Assembly (NCBI RefSeq): GCF_009914755.1
Contig: NC_060939.1
Direction: 5' to 3' (one strand)
DNA: 64,000 nt
Origin: the human T2T-CHM13v2.0 reference genome, Homo sapiens
Shown here: positions 23,701 to 38,700 of the stretch, one piece after another
How positions within the stretch are numbered: position 1 is the first letter of the stretch
Layout: each line of letters begins with the position of its first letter
The notes under the pieces: generated by a model
The model's database searches: none
What the model was told of the DNA's origin: nothing
The model's input: the letters and a program-made list of their open reading frames with translations, nothing else
Made by a program: the position numbers and the translations under genes

Positions 23701-26700
23701 ATTTCAAGCCATTCCACTCCATTCCATTCCACTCGTTTCCTTTCCATTCGAGTCCATTCCTCTCCAGTCCATTCCGTTCAATCCATTCCATTCCAGTCCA
23801 TTCCATTCGAGTCCGTTCCATTCCAGTCCATTCCATTCGAGTCAATTCCATTCCATTCGATGTCTTTCCATAACGATCCATTCCATTCTATTCCTTTCGA
23901 TTCCATTCCATTCTATTTCATTCCATTCGATTCCCTTCCATTGGACTCCTTTCCATTCGAGTGCATTCCATTCCGTTCCATTTCTTTCCGTTCTGTACGA
24001 TTCCTACCATTCGATTTCATTTTGTTCCAGTCCATTCTTTCGCGTCCATTCCATTCCATTTCACTCCATTCGATTCCATTCCACTCGATTCCACTTCGTT
24101 CCATTTCATTGCATTCCATTCTATTCAACTCTATTGCCTTCCATTCCATTCCATTCGATTACATTCCATGCGATTCCATTCGAAATCGAATCAATTACAT
24201 TGCAATCCATTACTATTGAGTCCGTTTTATTCCAGTCCACTGCATTCTGGTCCATTCCATTTGATTCCATTCCATTCTATTCCATTCCATACAGTTGCAT
24301 TCCATTGGATTCCATGCTATATCTATAAATTCAATTCGAGACCATTGCTTTTGAGTCCATTCTATATGATTCCATTCCATTCAAGTCCATTACATTTGGT
24401 TAAATTCCATTCCATTCGGTTCAATTCCATTCCATTCCATTCCCTTCCATTCCATTCCAGTTGATATCAATCCATTCGATTCCATTCCATTCGAGCACAT
24501 TCCATTCGAGTCCATTCCATTCGATGCCATTCCATTTGATTCTATTCCATTAGTCTCCATTCAATTCCATTAATCTCCATTCCATTCCATTCTACTCCAA
24601 CTGATTCCATTCCATTCTATTCCTTTCCATTCCATTTCATTCCATTCCATTCCATTCCATTCGTGTCCATTCCACTCCAGTCCATTCCATTCGTATCCAT
24701 TCCATTCCAGTCCATTCCATTTGTGTCCACTGCATTCCATTCCACTCCATTCCATATTATTCCATTACACTCCATTCCATTCTATTACTTTCATTTCCAT
24801 TCAATTCCATTCCATTTGATTCCATTCCACTCGGTTTCATTCCATTTGAGTCCACTCCATTCCATTCCATTCCATTCAGTTCCATTCCATTCCGTTCCAT
24901 TACATTCCATTCCATTCGGTACCATTCCATATTGTTCCATTCGATTCCATTCGAATCCATTCCATTCCAGTCCATTCCATTCGATTCCATTCCATTCATT
25001 TCAATTCCATTCCATTCCATTCCATTACATTCCACTTGATTCCTCTCCATTCCCTTCCACTGCATTCCGTTCGATTCCATTCCATTGCATTGCATTCCAT
25101 TCCATTGGATTGCATTCCATTCGATTCCATTCCATTCGAATCAATTACGTAGCAATCCATTACATTCGAGTCTATTCTCTTCCGTTCCATTCGATTTCGT
25201 TCCAATCCATTCGATTCCATTCCATTCGATTCCATTCCATACTATTGCATTCCATTCGATTACATTATATTCGAATAAGTTCCATTCAAGACCATTTCTT
25301 TTGAGTCCATTCTATTTGAGTCCATTCCCTTTGATTCCATAACATTTGAGTCCATTCAATTCCATTCCTTTCGTTTCCATTCCATTTGATGCCATTCCAT
25401 TCAATTCTGTTCTACTCGACTCCAATACATTCAATTCCATTCCATCCGATTCCATTACATTCTTTTCATTTCTTATCCATTTCAAGCCATTCCACTCCAT
25501 TCCATTCCACTCGTTTCCTTTCCATTCGAGTCCATTCCTCTCCAGTCCATTCCGTTCAATCCATTCCATTCCAGTCCATTCCATTCGAGTCCGTTCCATT
25601 CCAGTCCATTCCATTCGAGTCAATTCCATTCCATTCGATGTCTTTCCATAACGATCCATTCCATTCTATTCCTTTCGATTCCATTCCATTCTATTTCATT
25701 CCATTCGATTCCCTTCCATTGGACTCCTTTCCATTCGAGTGCATTCCATTCCGTTCCATTTCTTTCCGTTCTGTACGATTCCTACCGTTCGATTTCATTT
25801 TGTTCCAGTCCATTCTTTCGCGTCCATTCCATTCCATTTCACTCCATTCGATTCCATTCCACTCGATTCCACTTCGTTCCATTTCATTGCATTCCATTCT
25901 ATTCAACTCTATTGCCTTCCATTCCATTCCATTCGATTACATTCCATGCGATTCCATTCGAAATCGAATCAATTACATTGCAATCCATTACTATTGAGTC
26001 CGTTTTATTCCAGTCCACTGCATTCTGGTCCATTCCATTTGATTCCATTCCATTCTATTCCATTCCATAGAGTTGCATTCCATTGGATTCCATGCTATAT
26101 CTATAAATTCAATTCGAGACCATTGCTTTTGAGTCCATTCTATATGATTCCATTCCATTCAAGTCCATTACATTTGGTTCAATTCCATTCCATTCGGTTC
26201 AATTCCATTCCATTCCATTCCCTTCCATTCCATTCCAGTTGATATCAATCCATTCGATTCCATTCCATTCGAGCACATTCCATTCGAGTCCATTCCATTC
26301 GATGCCATTCCATTTGATTCTATTCCATTAGTCTCCATTCAATTCCATTAATCTCCATTCCATTCCATTCTACTCCAACTGATTCCATTCCATTCTATTC
26401 CTTTCCATTCCATTTCATTCCATTCCATTCCATTCCATTCCATTCCATTCCATTCGTGTCCATTCCACTCCAGTCCATTCCATTCGTATCCATTCCATTC
26501 CAGTCCATTCCATTTGTGTCCACTGCATTCCATTCCACTCCATTCCATATTATTCCATTACACTCCAATCCATTCTATTACATTCATTTCCATTCAATTC
26601 CATTCCATTTGATTCCATTCCACTCGGTTTCATTCCATTTGAGTCCACTCCATTCCATTCCATTCCATTCAGTTCCATTCCATTCTGTTCCATTCCATTC

Positions 26701-29700
26701 CGTTCCATTACATTCCATTCCATTCGGTACCATTCCATATTGTTCCATTCGATTCCATTCGAATCCATTGCATTCCAGTCCATTCCATTCGATTCCATTC
26801 CATTCATTTCAATTCCATTCCATTCCATTCCATTACATTCCACTTGATTCCTCTCCATTCCCTTCCACTGCATTCCGTTCGATTCCATTCCATTGCATTG
26901 CATTCCATTCCATTGGATTGCATTCCATTCGATTCCATTCCATTCGAATCAATTACATAGCAATCCATTACATTCGAGTCTATTCTCTTCCGTTCCATTC
27001 GGTTTCGTTCCAATCCATTCGATTCCATTCCATTCGATTCCATTCCATACTATTGCATTCCATTCGATTACATTATATTCGAATAAGTTCCATTCAAGAC
27101 CATTTCTTTTGAGTCCATTCTATTTGAGTCCATTCCCTTTGATTCCATAACATTTGAGTCCATTCAATTCCATTCCTTTCGTTTCCATTCCATTTGATGC
27201 CATTCCATTCAATTCTGTTCTACTCGACTCCAATACATTCAATTCCATTCCATCCGATTCCATTACATTCTTTTCATTTCTTATCCATTTCAAGCCATTC
27301 CACTCCATTCCGTTCCACTCGTTTCCTTTCCATTCGAGTCCATTCCTCTCCAGTCCATTCCGTTCAATCCATTCCATTCCAGTCCATTCCATTCGAGTCC
27401 GTTCCATTCCAGTCCATTCCATTCGAGTCAATTCCATTCCATTCGATGTCTTTCCATAACGATCCATTCCATTCTATTCCTTTCGATTCCATTCCATTCT
27501 ATTTCATTCCATTCGATTCCCTTCCATTGGACTCCTTTCCATTCGAGTGCATTCCATTCCGTTCCATTTCTTTTCGTTCTGTACGATTCCTACCGTTCGA
27601 TTTCATTTTGTTCCAGTCCATTCCTTTCGCGTCCATTCCATTCCATTTCACTCCATTCGATTCCATTCCACTCGATTCCACTTCGTTCCATTTCATTGCA
27701 TTCCATTCTATTCAACTCTATTGCCTTCCATTCCATTCCATTCGATTACATTCCATGCGATTCCATTCGAAATCGAATCAATTACATTGCAATCCATTAC
27801 TATTGAGTCCGTTTTATTCCAGTCCACTGCATTCTGGTCCATTCCATTTGATTCCATTCCATTCTATTCCATTCCATACAGTTGCATTCCATTGGATTCC
27901 ATGCTATATCTATAAATTCAATTCGAGACCATTGCTTTTGATTCCATTCTATATGATTCCATTCCATTCAAGTCCATTACATTTGGTTAAATTCCATTCC
28001 ATTCGGTTCAATTCCATTCCATTCCATTCCCTTCCATTCCATTCCAGTTGATATCAATCCATTCGATTCCATTCCATTCGAGCACATTCCATTCGAGTCC
28101 ATTCCATTCGATGCCATTCCATTTGATTCTATTCCATTAGTCTCCATTCAATTCCATTAATCTCCATTCCATTCCATTCTACTCCAACTGATTCCATTCC
28201 ATTCTATTCCTTTCCATTCCATTTCATTCCATTCCATTCCATTTCATTCCATTCCATTCCATTCGTGTCCATTCCACTGCAGTCCATTCCATTCGTGTCC
28301 ATTCCATTCCAGTCCATTCGATTTGTGTCCACTGCATTCAATTCCACTCCATTCCATATTATTCCATTACACTCCATTCCATTCTATTACTTTCATTTCC
28401 ATTCAATTCCATTCCATTTGATTCCATTCCACTCGGTTTCATTCCATTTGAGTCCACTCCATTCCATTCCATTCCATTCCATTCAGTTCCATTCCATTCT
28501 GTTCCATTCCATTCCGTTCCATTACATTCCATTCCATTCGGTACCATTCCATATTGTTCCATTCGATTCCATTCGAATCCATTCCATTCCAGTCCATTCC
28601 ATTCGATTCCATTCCATTCATTTCAATTCCATTCCATTCCATTCCATTACATTCCACTTGATTCCTCTCCATTCCCTTCGACTGCATTCCGTTCGATTCC
28701 ATTCCATTGCATTGCATTCCATTCCATTGGATTGCATTCCATTCGATTCCATTCCATTCGAATCAATTACATAGCAATCCATTACATTCGAGTCTATTCT
28801 CTTCCGTTCCATTCGATTTCGTTCCAATCCATTCGATTCCATTCCATTCGATTCCATTCCATACTATTGCATTCCATTCGATTACATTATATTCGAATAA
28901 GTTCCATTCAAGACCATTTCTTTTGAGTCCATTCTATTTGAGTCCATTCCCTTTGATTCCATAATATTTGAGTCCATTCAATTCCATTCCTTTCGTTTCC
29001 ATTCCATTTGATGCCATTCCATTCAATTCTGTTCTACTCGACTCCAATACATTCAATTCCATTCCATCCGATTCATTACATTCTTTTCATTTCTTATCCA
29101 TTTCAAGCCATTCCACTCCATTCCATTCCACTCGTTTCCTTTCCATTCGAGTCCATTCCTCTCCAGTCCATTCCGTTCAATCCATTCCATTCCAGTCCAT
29201 TCCATTCGAGTCCGTTCCATTCCAGTCCATTCCATTCGAGTCAATTCCATTCCATTCGATGTCTTTCCATAACGATCCATTCCATTCTATTCCTTTCGAT
29301 TCCATTCCATTCTATTTCATTCCATTCGATTCCCTTCCATTGGACTCCTTTCCATTCGAGTGCATTCCATTCCGTTCCATTTCTTTCCGTTCTGTACGAT
29401 TCCTACCGTTTGATTTCATTTTGTTCCAGTCCATTCTTTCGCGTCCATTCCATTCCATTTCACTCCATTCGATTCCATTCCACTCGATTCCACTTCGTTC
29501 CATTTCATTGCATTCCATTCTATTCAACTCTATTGCCTTCCATTCCATTCCATTCGATTACATTCCATGCGATTCCATTCAAAATCGAATCAATTACATT
29601 GCAATCCATTACTATTGAGTCCGTTTTATTCCAGTCCACTGCATTCTGGTCCATTCCATTTGATTCCATTCCATTCTATTCCATTCCATACAGTTGCATT

Positions 29701-32700
29701 CCATTGGATTCCATGCTATATCTATAAATTCAATTCGAGACCATTGCTTTTGAGTCCATTCTATATGATTCCATTCCATTCAAGTCCATTACATTTGGTT
29801 AAATTCCATTCCATTCGGTTCAATTCCATTCCATTCCATTCCCTTCCATTCCATTCCAGTTGATATCAATCCATTCGATTCCATTCCATTCGAGCACATT
29901 CCATTCGAGTCCATTCCATTCAATGCCATTCCATTTGATTCTATTCCACTAGTCTCCATTCAATTCCATTAATCTCCATTCCATTCCATTCTACTCCAAC
30001 TGATTCCATTCCATTCTATTCCTTTCCATTCCATTTCATTCCATTCCATTCCATTCCATTCCATTCCATTCCATTCCATTCCATTCGTGTCCATTCCACT
30101 CCAGTCCATTCCATTCGTATCCATTCCATTCCAGTCCATTCCATTTGTGTCCACTGCATTCCATTCCACTCCATTCCATATTATTCCATTACACTCCATT
30201 CCATTCTATTACTTTCATTTCCATTCAATTCCATTCCATTTGATTCCATTCCACTCGGTTTCATTCCATTTGAGTCCACTCCATTCCATTCCATTCCATT
30301 CAGTTCCATTCCATTCTGTTCCATTCCATTCCGTTCCATTACATTCCATTCCATTCGGTACCATTCCATATTGTTCCATTCGATTCCATTCGAATCCATT
30401 CCATTCCAGTCCATTCCATTCGATTCCATTCCATTCATTTCAATTCCATTCCATTCCATTCCATTACATTCCACTTGATTCCTCTCCATTCCCTTCCACT
30501 GCATTCCGTTCGATTCCATTCCATTGCATTGCATTCCATTCCATTGGATTGCATTCCATTCGATTCCATTCCATTCGAATCAATTACATAGCAATCCATT
30601 ACATTCGAGTCTATTCTCTTCCGTTCCATTCGATTTCGTTCCAATCCATTCGATTCCATTCCATTCGATTCCATTCCATACTATTGCATTCCATTCGATT
30701 ACATTATATTCGAATAAGTTCCATTCAAGACCATTTCTTTTGAGTCCATTCTATTTGAGTCCATTCCCTTTGATTCCATAACATTTGAGTCCATTCAATT
30801 CCATTCCTTTCGTTTCCATTCCATTTGATGCCATTCCATTCAATTCTGTTCTACTCGACTCCAATACATTCAATTCCATTCCATCCGATTCCATTACATT
30901 CTTTTCATTTCTTATCCATTTCAAGCCATTCCACTCCATTCCATTCCACTCGTTTCCTTTCCATTCGAGTCCATTCCTCTCCAGTCCATTCCGTTCAATC
31001 CATTCCATTCCAGTCCATTCCATTCGAGTCCGTTCCATTCCAGTCCATTCCATTCGAGTCAATTCCATTCCATTCGATGTCTTTCCATAACGATCCATTC
31101 CATTCTATTCCTTTCGATTCCATTCCATTCTATTTCATTCCATTCGATTCCCTTCCATTGGACTCCTTTCCATTCGAGTGCATTCCATTCCGTTCCATTT
31201 CTTTCCGTTCTGTACGATTCCTACCGTTCGATTTCATTTTGTTCCAGTCCATTCTTTCGCGTCCATTCCATTCCATTTCACTCCATTCGATTCCATTCCA
31301 CTCGATTCCACTTCGTTCCATTTCATTGCATTCCATTCTATTCAACTCTATTGCCTTCCATTCCATTCCATTCGATTACATTCCATGCGATTCCATTCGA
31401 AATCGAATCAATTACATTGCAATCCATTACTATTGAGTCCGTTTTATTCCAGTCCACTGCATTCTGGTCCATTCCATTTGATTCCATTCCATTCTATTCC
31501 ATTCCATACAGTTGCATTCCATTGGATTCCATGCTATATCTATAAATTCAATTCGAGACCATTGCTTTTGAGTCCATTCTATATGATTCCATTCCATTCA
31601 AGTCCATTACATTTGGTTAAATTCCATTCCATTCGGTTCAATTCCATTCCATTCCATTCCCTTCCATTCCATTCCAGTTGATATCAATCCATTCGATTCC
31701 ATTCCATTCGAGCACATTCCATTCGAGTCCATTCCATTCGATGCCATTCCATTTGATTCTATTCCATTAGTCTCCATTCAATTCCATTAATCTCCATTCC
31801 ATTCCATTCTACTCCAACTGATTCCATTCCATTCTATTCCTTTCCATTCCATTTCATTCCATTCCATTCCATTCCATTCGTGTCCATTCCACTCCAGTCC
31901 ATTCCATTCGTATCCATTCCATTCCAGTCCATTCCATTTGTGTCCACTGCATTCCATTCCACTCCATTCCATATTATTCCATTACACTCCATTCCATTCT
32001 ATTACTTTCATTTCCATTCAATTCCATTCCATTTGATTCCATTCCACTCGGTTTCATTCCATTTGAGTCCACTCCATTCCATTCCATTCCATTCAGTTCC
32101 ATTCCATTCCGTTCCATTACATTCCATTCCATTCGGTACCATTCCATATTGTTCCATTCGATTCCATTCGAATCCATTCCATTCCAGTCCATTCCATTCG
32201 ATTCCATTCCATTCATTTCAATTCCATTCCATTCCATTCCATTACATTCCACTTGATTCCTCTCCATTCCCTTCCACTGCATTCCGTTCGATTCCATTCC
32301 ATTGCATTGCATTCCATTCCATTGGATTGCATTCCATTCGATTCCATTCCATTCGAATCAATTACGTAGCAATCCATTACATTCGAGTCTATTCTCTTCC
32401 GTTCCATTCGATTTCGTTCCAATCCATTCGATTCCATTCCATTCGATTCCATTCCATACTATTGCATTCCATTCGATTACATTATATTCGAATAAGTTCC
32501 ATTCAAGACCATTTCTTTTGAGTCCATTCTATTTGAGTCCATTCCCTTTGATTCCATAACATTTGAGTCCATTCAATTCCATTCCTTTCGTTTCCATTCC
32601 ATTTGATGCCATTCCATTCAATTCTGTTCTACTCGACTCCAATACATTCAATTCCATTCCATCCGATTCCATTACATTCTTTTCATTTCTTATCCATTTC

Positions 32701-35700
32701 AAGCCATTCCACTCCATTCCATTCCACTCGTTTCCTTTCCATTCGAGTCCATTCCTCTCCAGTCCATTCCGTTCAATCCATTCCATTCCAGTCCATTCCA
32801 TTCGAGTCCGTTCCATTCCAGTCCATTCCATTCGAGTCAATTCCATTCCATTCGATGTCTTTCCATAACGATCCATTCCATTCTATTCCTTTCGATTCCA
32901 TTCCATTCTATTTCATTCCATTCGATTCCCTTCCATTGGACTCCTTTCCATTCGAGTGCATTCCATTCCGTTCCATTTCTTTCCGTTCTGTACGATTCCT
33001 ACCGTTCGATTTCATTTTGTTCCAGTCCATTCTTTCGCGTCCATTCCATTCCATTTCACTCCATTCGATTCCATTCCACTCGATTCCACTTCGTTCCATT
33101 TCATTGCATTCCATTCTATTCAACTCTATTGCCTTCCATTCCATTCCATTCGATTACATTCCATGCGATTCCATTCGAAATCGAATCAATTACATTGCAA
33201 TCCATTACTATTGAGTCCGTTTTATTCCAGTCCACTGCATTCTGGTCCATTCCATTTGATTCCATTCCATTCTATTCCATTCCATAGAGTTGCATTCCAT
33301 TGGATTCCATGCTATATCTATAAATTCAATTCGAGACCATTGCTTTTGAGTCCATTCTATATGATTCCATTCCATTCAAGTCCATTACATTTGGTTCAAT
33401 TCCATTCCATTCGGTTCAATTCCATTCCATTCCATTCCCTTCCATTCCATTCCAGTTGATATCAATCCATTCGATTCCATTCCATTCGAGCACATTCCAT
33501 TCGAGTCCATTCCATTCGATGCCATTCCATTTGATTCTATTCCATTAGTCTCCATTCAATTCCATTAATCTCCATTCCATTCCATTCTACTCCAACTGAT
33601 TCCATTCCATTCTATTCCTTTCCATTCCATTTCATTCCATTCCATTCCATTCCATTCCATTCCATTCCATTCGTGTCCATTCCACTCCAGTCCATTCCAT
33701 TCGTATCCATTCCATTCCAGTCCATTCCATTTGTGTCCACTGCATTCCATTCCACTCCATTCCATATTATTCCATTACACTCCAATCCATTCTATTACAT
33801 TCATTTCCATTCAATTCCATTCCATTTGATTCCATTCCACTCGGTTTCATTCCATTTGAGTCCACTCCATTCCATTCCATTCCATTCCATTCAGTTCCAT
33901 TCCATTCTGTTCCATTCCATTCCGTTCCATTACATTCCATTCCATTCGGTACCATTCCATATTGTTCCATTCGATTCCATTCGAATCCATTCCATTCCAG
34001 TCCATTCCATTCGATTCCATTCCATTCATTTCAATTCCATTCCATTCCATTCCATTACATTCCACTTGATTCCTCTCCATTCCCTTCCACTGCATTCCGT
34101 TCGATTCCATTCCATTGCATTGCATTCCATTCCATTGGATTGCATTCCATTCGATTCCATTCCATTCGAATCAATTACATAGCAATCCATTACATTCGAG
34201 TCTATTCTCTTCCGTTCCATTCGGTTTCGTTCCAATCCATTCGATTCCATTCCATTCGATTCCATTCCATACTATTGCATTCCATTCGATTACATTATAT
34301 TCGAATAAGTTCCATTCAAGACCATTTCTTTTGAGTCCATTCTATTTGAGTCCATTCCCTTTGATTCCATAATATTTGAGTCCATTCAATTCCATTCCTT
34401 TCGTTTCCATTCCATTTGATGCCATTCCATTCAATTCTGTTCTACTCGACTCCAATACATTCAATTCCATTCCATCCGATTCATTACATTCTTTTCATTT
34501 CTTATCCATTTCAAGCCATTCCACTCCATTCCATTCCACTCGTTTCCTTTCCATTCGAGTCCATTCCTCTCCAGTCCATTCCGTTCAATCCATTCCATTC
34601 CAGTCCATTCCATTCGAGTCCGTTCCATTCCAGTCCATTCCATTCGAGTCAATTCCATTCCATTCGATGTCTTTCCATAACGATCCATTCCATTCTATTC
34701 CTTTCGATTCCATTCCATTCTATTTCATTCCATTCGATTCCCTTCCATTGGACTCCTTTCCATTCGAGTGCATTCCATTCCGTTCCATTTCTTTCCGTTC
34801 TGTACGATTCCTACCGTTTGATTTCATTTTGTTCCAGTCCATTCTTTCGCGTCCATTCCATTCCATTTCACTCCATTCGATTCCATTCCACTCGATTCCA
34901 CTTCGTTCCATTTCATTGCATTCCATTCTATTCAACTCTATTGCCTTCCATTCCATTCCATTCGATTACATTCCATGCGATTCCATTCAAAATCGAATCA
35001 ATTACATTGCAATCCATTACTATTGAGTCCGTTTTATTCCAGTCCACTGCATTCTGGTCCATTCCATTTGATTCCATTCCATTCTATTCCATTCCATACA
35101 GTTGCATTCCATTGGATTCCATGCTATATCTATAAATTCAATTCGAGACCATTGCTTTTGAGTCCATTCTATATGATTCCATTCCATTCAAGTCCATTAC
35201 ATTTGGTTCAATTCCATTCCATTCGGTTCAATTCCATTCCATTCCATTCCCTTCCATTCCATTCCAGTTGATATCAATCCATTCGATTCCATTCCATTCG
35301 AGCACATTCCATTCGAGTCCATTCCATTCAATGCCATTCCATTTGATTCTATTCCACTAGTCTCCATTCAATTCCATTAATCTCCATTCCATTCCATTCT
35401 ACTCCAACTGATTCCATTCCATTCTATTCCTTTCCATTCCATTTCATTCCATTCCATTCCATTCCATTCCATTCCATTCCATTCCATTCGTGTCCATTCC
35501 ACTCCAGTCCATTCCATTCGTATCCATTCCATTCCAGTCCATTCCATTTGTGTCCACTGCATTCCATTCCACTCCATTCCATATTATTCCATTACACTCC
35601 ATTCCATTCTATTACTTTCATTTCCATTCAATTCCATTCCATTTGATTCCATTCCACTCGGTTTCATTCCATTTGAGTCCACTCCATTCCATTCCATTCC

Positions 35701-38700
35701 ATTCAGTTCCATTCCATTCTGTTCCATTCCATTCCGTTCCATTACATTCCATTCCATTCGGTACCATTCCATATTGTTCCATTCGATTCCATTCGAATCC
35801 ATTCCATTCCAGTCCATTCCATTCGATTCCATTCCATTCATTTCAATTCCATTCCATTCCATTCCATTACATTCCACTTGATTCCTCTCCATTCCCTTCC
35901 ACTGCATTCCGTTCGATTCCATTCCATTGCATTGCATTCCATTCCATTGGATTGCATTCCATTCGATTCCATTCCATTCGAATCAATTACATAGCAATCC
36001 ATTACATTCGAGTCTATTCTCTTCCGTTCCATTCGATTTCGTTCCAATCCATTCGATTCCATTCCATTCGATTCCATTCCATACTATTGCATTCCATTCG
36101 ATTACATTATATTCGAATAAGTTCCATTCAAGACCATTTCTTTTGAGTCCATTCTATTTGAGTCCATTCCCTTTGATTCCATAACATTTGAGTCCATTCA
36201 ATTCCATTCCTTTCGTTTCCATTCCATTTGATGCCATTCCATTCAATTCTGTTCTACTCGACTCCAATACATTCAATTCCATTCCATCCAATTCCATTAC
36301 ATTCTTTTCATTTCTTATCCATTTCAAGCCATTCCACTCCATTCCATTCCACTCGTTTCCTTTCCATTCGAGTCCATTCCTCTCCAGTCCATTCCGTTCA
36401 ATCCATTCCATTCCAGTCCATTCCATTCGAGTCCGTTCCATTCCAGTCCATTCCATTCGAGTCAATTCCATTCCATTCGATGTCTTTCCATAACGATCCA
36501 TTCCATTCTATTCCTTTCGATTCCATTCCATTCTATTTCATTCCATTCGATTCCCTTCCATTGGACTCCTTTCCATTCGAGTGCATTCCATTCCGTTCCA
36601 TTTCTTTCCGTTCTGTACGATTCCTACCGTTCGATTTCATTTTGTTCCAGTCCATTCTTTCGCGTCCATTCCATTCCATTTCACTCCATTCGATTCCATT
36701 CCACTCGATTCCACTTCGTTCCATTTCATTGCATTCCATTCTATTCAACTCTATTGCCTTCCATTCCATTCCATTCGATTACATTCCATGCGATTCCATT
36801 CGAAATCGAATCAATTACATTGCAATCCATTACTATTGAGTCCGTTTTATTCCAGTCCACTGCATTCTGGTCCATTCCATTTGATTCCATTCCATTCTAT
36901 TCCATTCCATACAGTTGCATTCCATTGGATTCCATGCTATATCTATAAATTCAATTCGAGACCATTGCTTTTGAGTCCATTCTATATGATTCCATTCCAT
37001 TCAAGTCCATTACATTTGGTTAAATTCCATTCCATTCGGTTCAATTCCATTCCATTCCATTCCCTTCCATTCCATTCCAGTTGATATCAATCCATTCGAT
37101 TCCATTCCATTCGAGCACATTCCATTCGAGTCCATTCCATTCGATGCCATTCCATTTGATTCTATTCCATTAGTCTCCATTCAATTCCATTAATCTCCAT
37201 TCCATTCCATTCTACTCCAACTGATTCCATTCCATTCTATTCCTTTCCATTCCATTTCATTCCATTCCATTCCATTCCATTCGTGTCCATTCCACTCCAG
37301 TCCATTCCATTCGTATCCATTCCATTCCAGTCCATTCCATTTGTGTCCACTGCATTCCATTCCACTCCATTCCATATTATTCCATTACACTCCATTCCAT
37401 TCTATTACTTTCATTTCCATTCAATTCCATTCCATTTGATTCCATTCCACTCGGTTTCATTCCATTTGAGTCCACTCCATTCCATTCCATTCCATTCAGT
37501 TCCATTCCATTCCGTTCCATTACATTCCATTCCATTCGGTACCATTCCATATTGTTCCATTCGATTCCATTCGAATCCATTCCATTCCAGTCCATTCCAT
37601 TCGATTCCATTCCATTCATTTCAATTCCATTCCATTCCATTCCATTACATTCCACTTGATTCCTCTCCATTCCCTTCCACTGCATTCCGTTCGATTCCAT
37701 TCCATTGCATTGCATTCCATTCCATTGGATTGCATTCCATTCGATTCCATTCCATTCGAATCAATTACGTAGCAATCCATTACATTCGAGTCTATTCTCT
37801 TCCGTTCCATTCGATTTCGTTCCAATCCATTCGATTCCATTCCATTCGATTCCATTCCATACTATTGCATTCCATTCGATTACATTATATTCGAATAAGT
37901 TCCATTCAAGACCATTTCTTTTGAGTCCATTCTATTTGAGTCCATTCCCTTTGATTCCATAACATTTGAGTCCATTCAATTCCATTCCTTTCGTTTCCAT
38001 TCCATTTGATGCCATTCCATTCAATTCTGTTCTACTCGACTCCAATACATTCAATTCCATTCCATCCGATTCCATTACATTCTTTTCATTTCTTATCCAT
38101 TTCAAGCCATTCCACTCCATTCCATTCCACTCGTTTCCTTTCCATTCGAGTCCATTCCTCTCCAGTCCATTCCGTTCAATCCATTCCATTCCAGTCCATT
38201 CCATTCGAGTCCGTTCCATTCCAGTCCATTCCATTCGAGTCAATTCCATTCCATTCGATGTCTTTCCATAACGATCCATTCCATTCTATTCCTTTCGATT
38301 CCATTCCATTCTATTTCATTCCATTCGATTCCCTTCCATTGGACTCCTTTCCATTCGAGTGCATTCCATTCCGTTCCATTTCTTTCCGTTCTGTACGATT
38401 CCTACCGTTCGATTTCATTTTGTTCCAGTCCATTCTTTCGCGTCCATTCCATTCCATTTCACTCCATTCGATTCCATTCCACTCGATTCCACTTCGTTCC
38501 ATTTCATTGCATTCCATTCTATTCAACTCTATTGCCTTCCATTCCATTCCATTCGATTACATTCCATGCGATTCCATTCGAAATCGAATCAATTACATTG
38601 CAATCCATTACTATTGAGTCCGTTTTATTCCAGTCCACTGCATTCTGGTCCATTCCATTTGATTCCATTCCATTCTATTCCATTCCATAGAGTTGCATTC

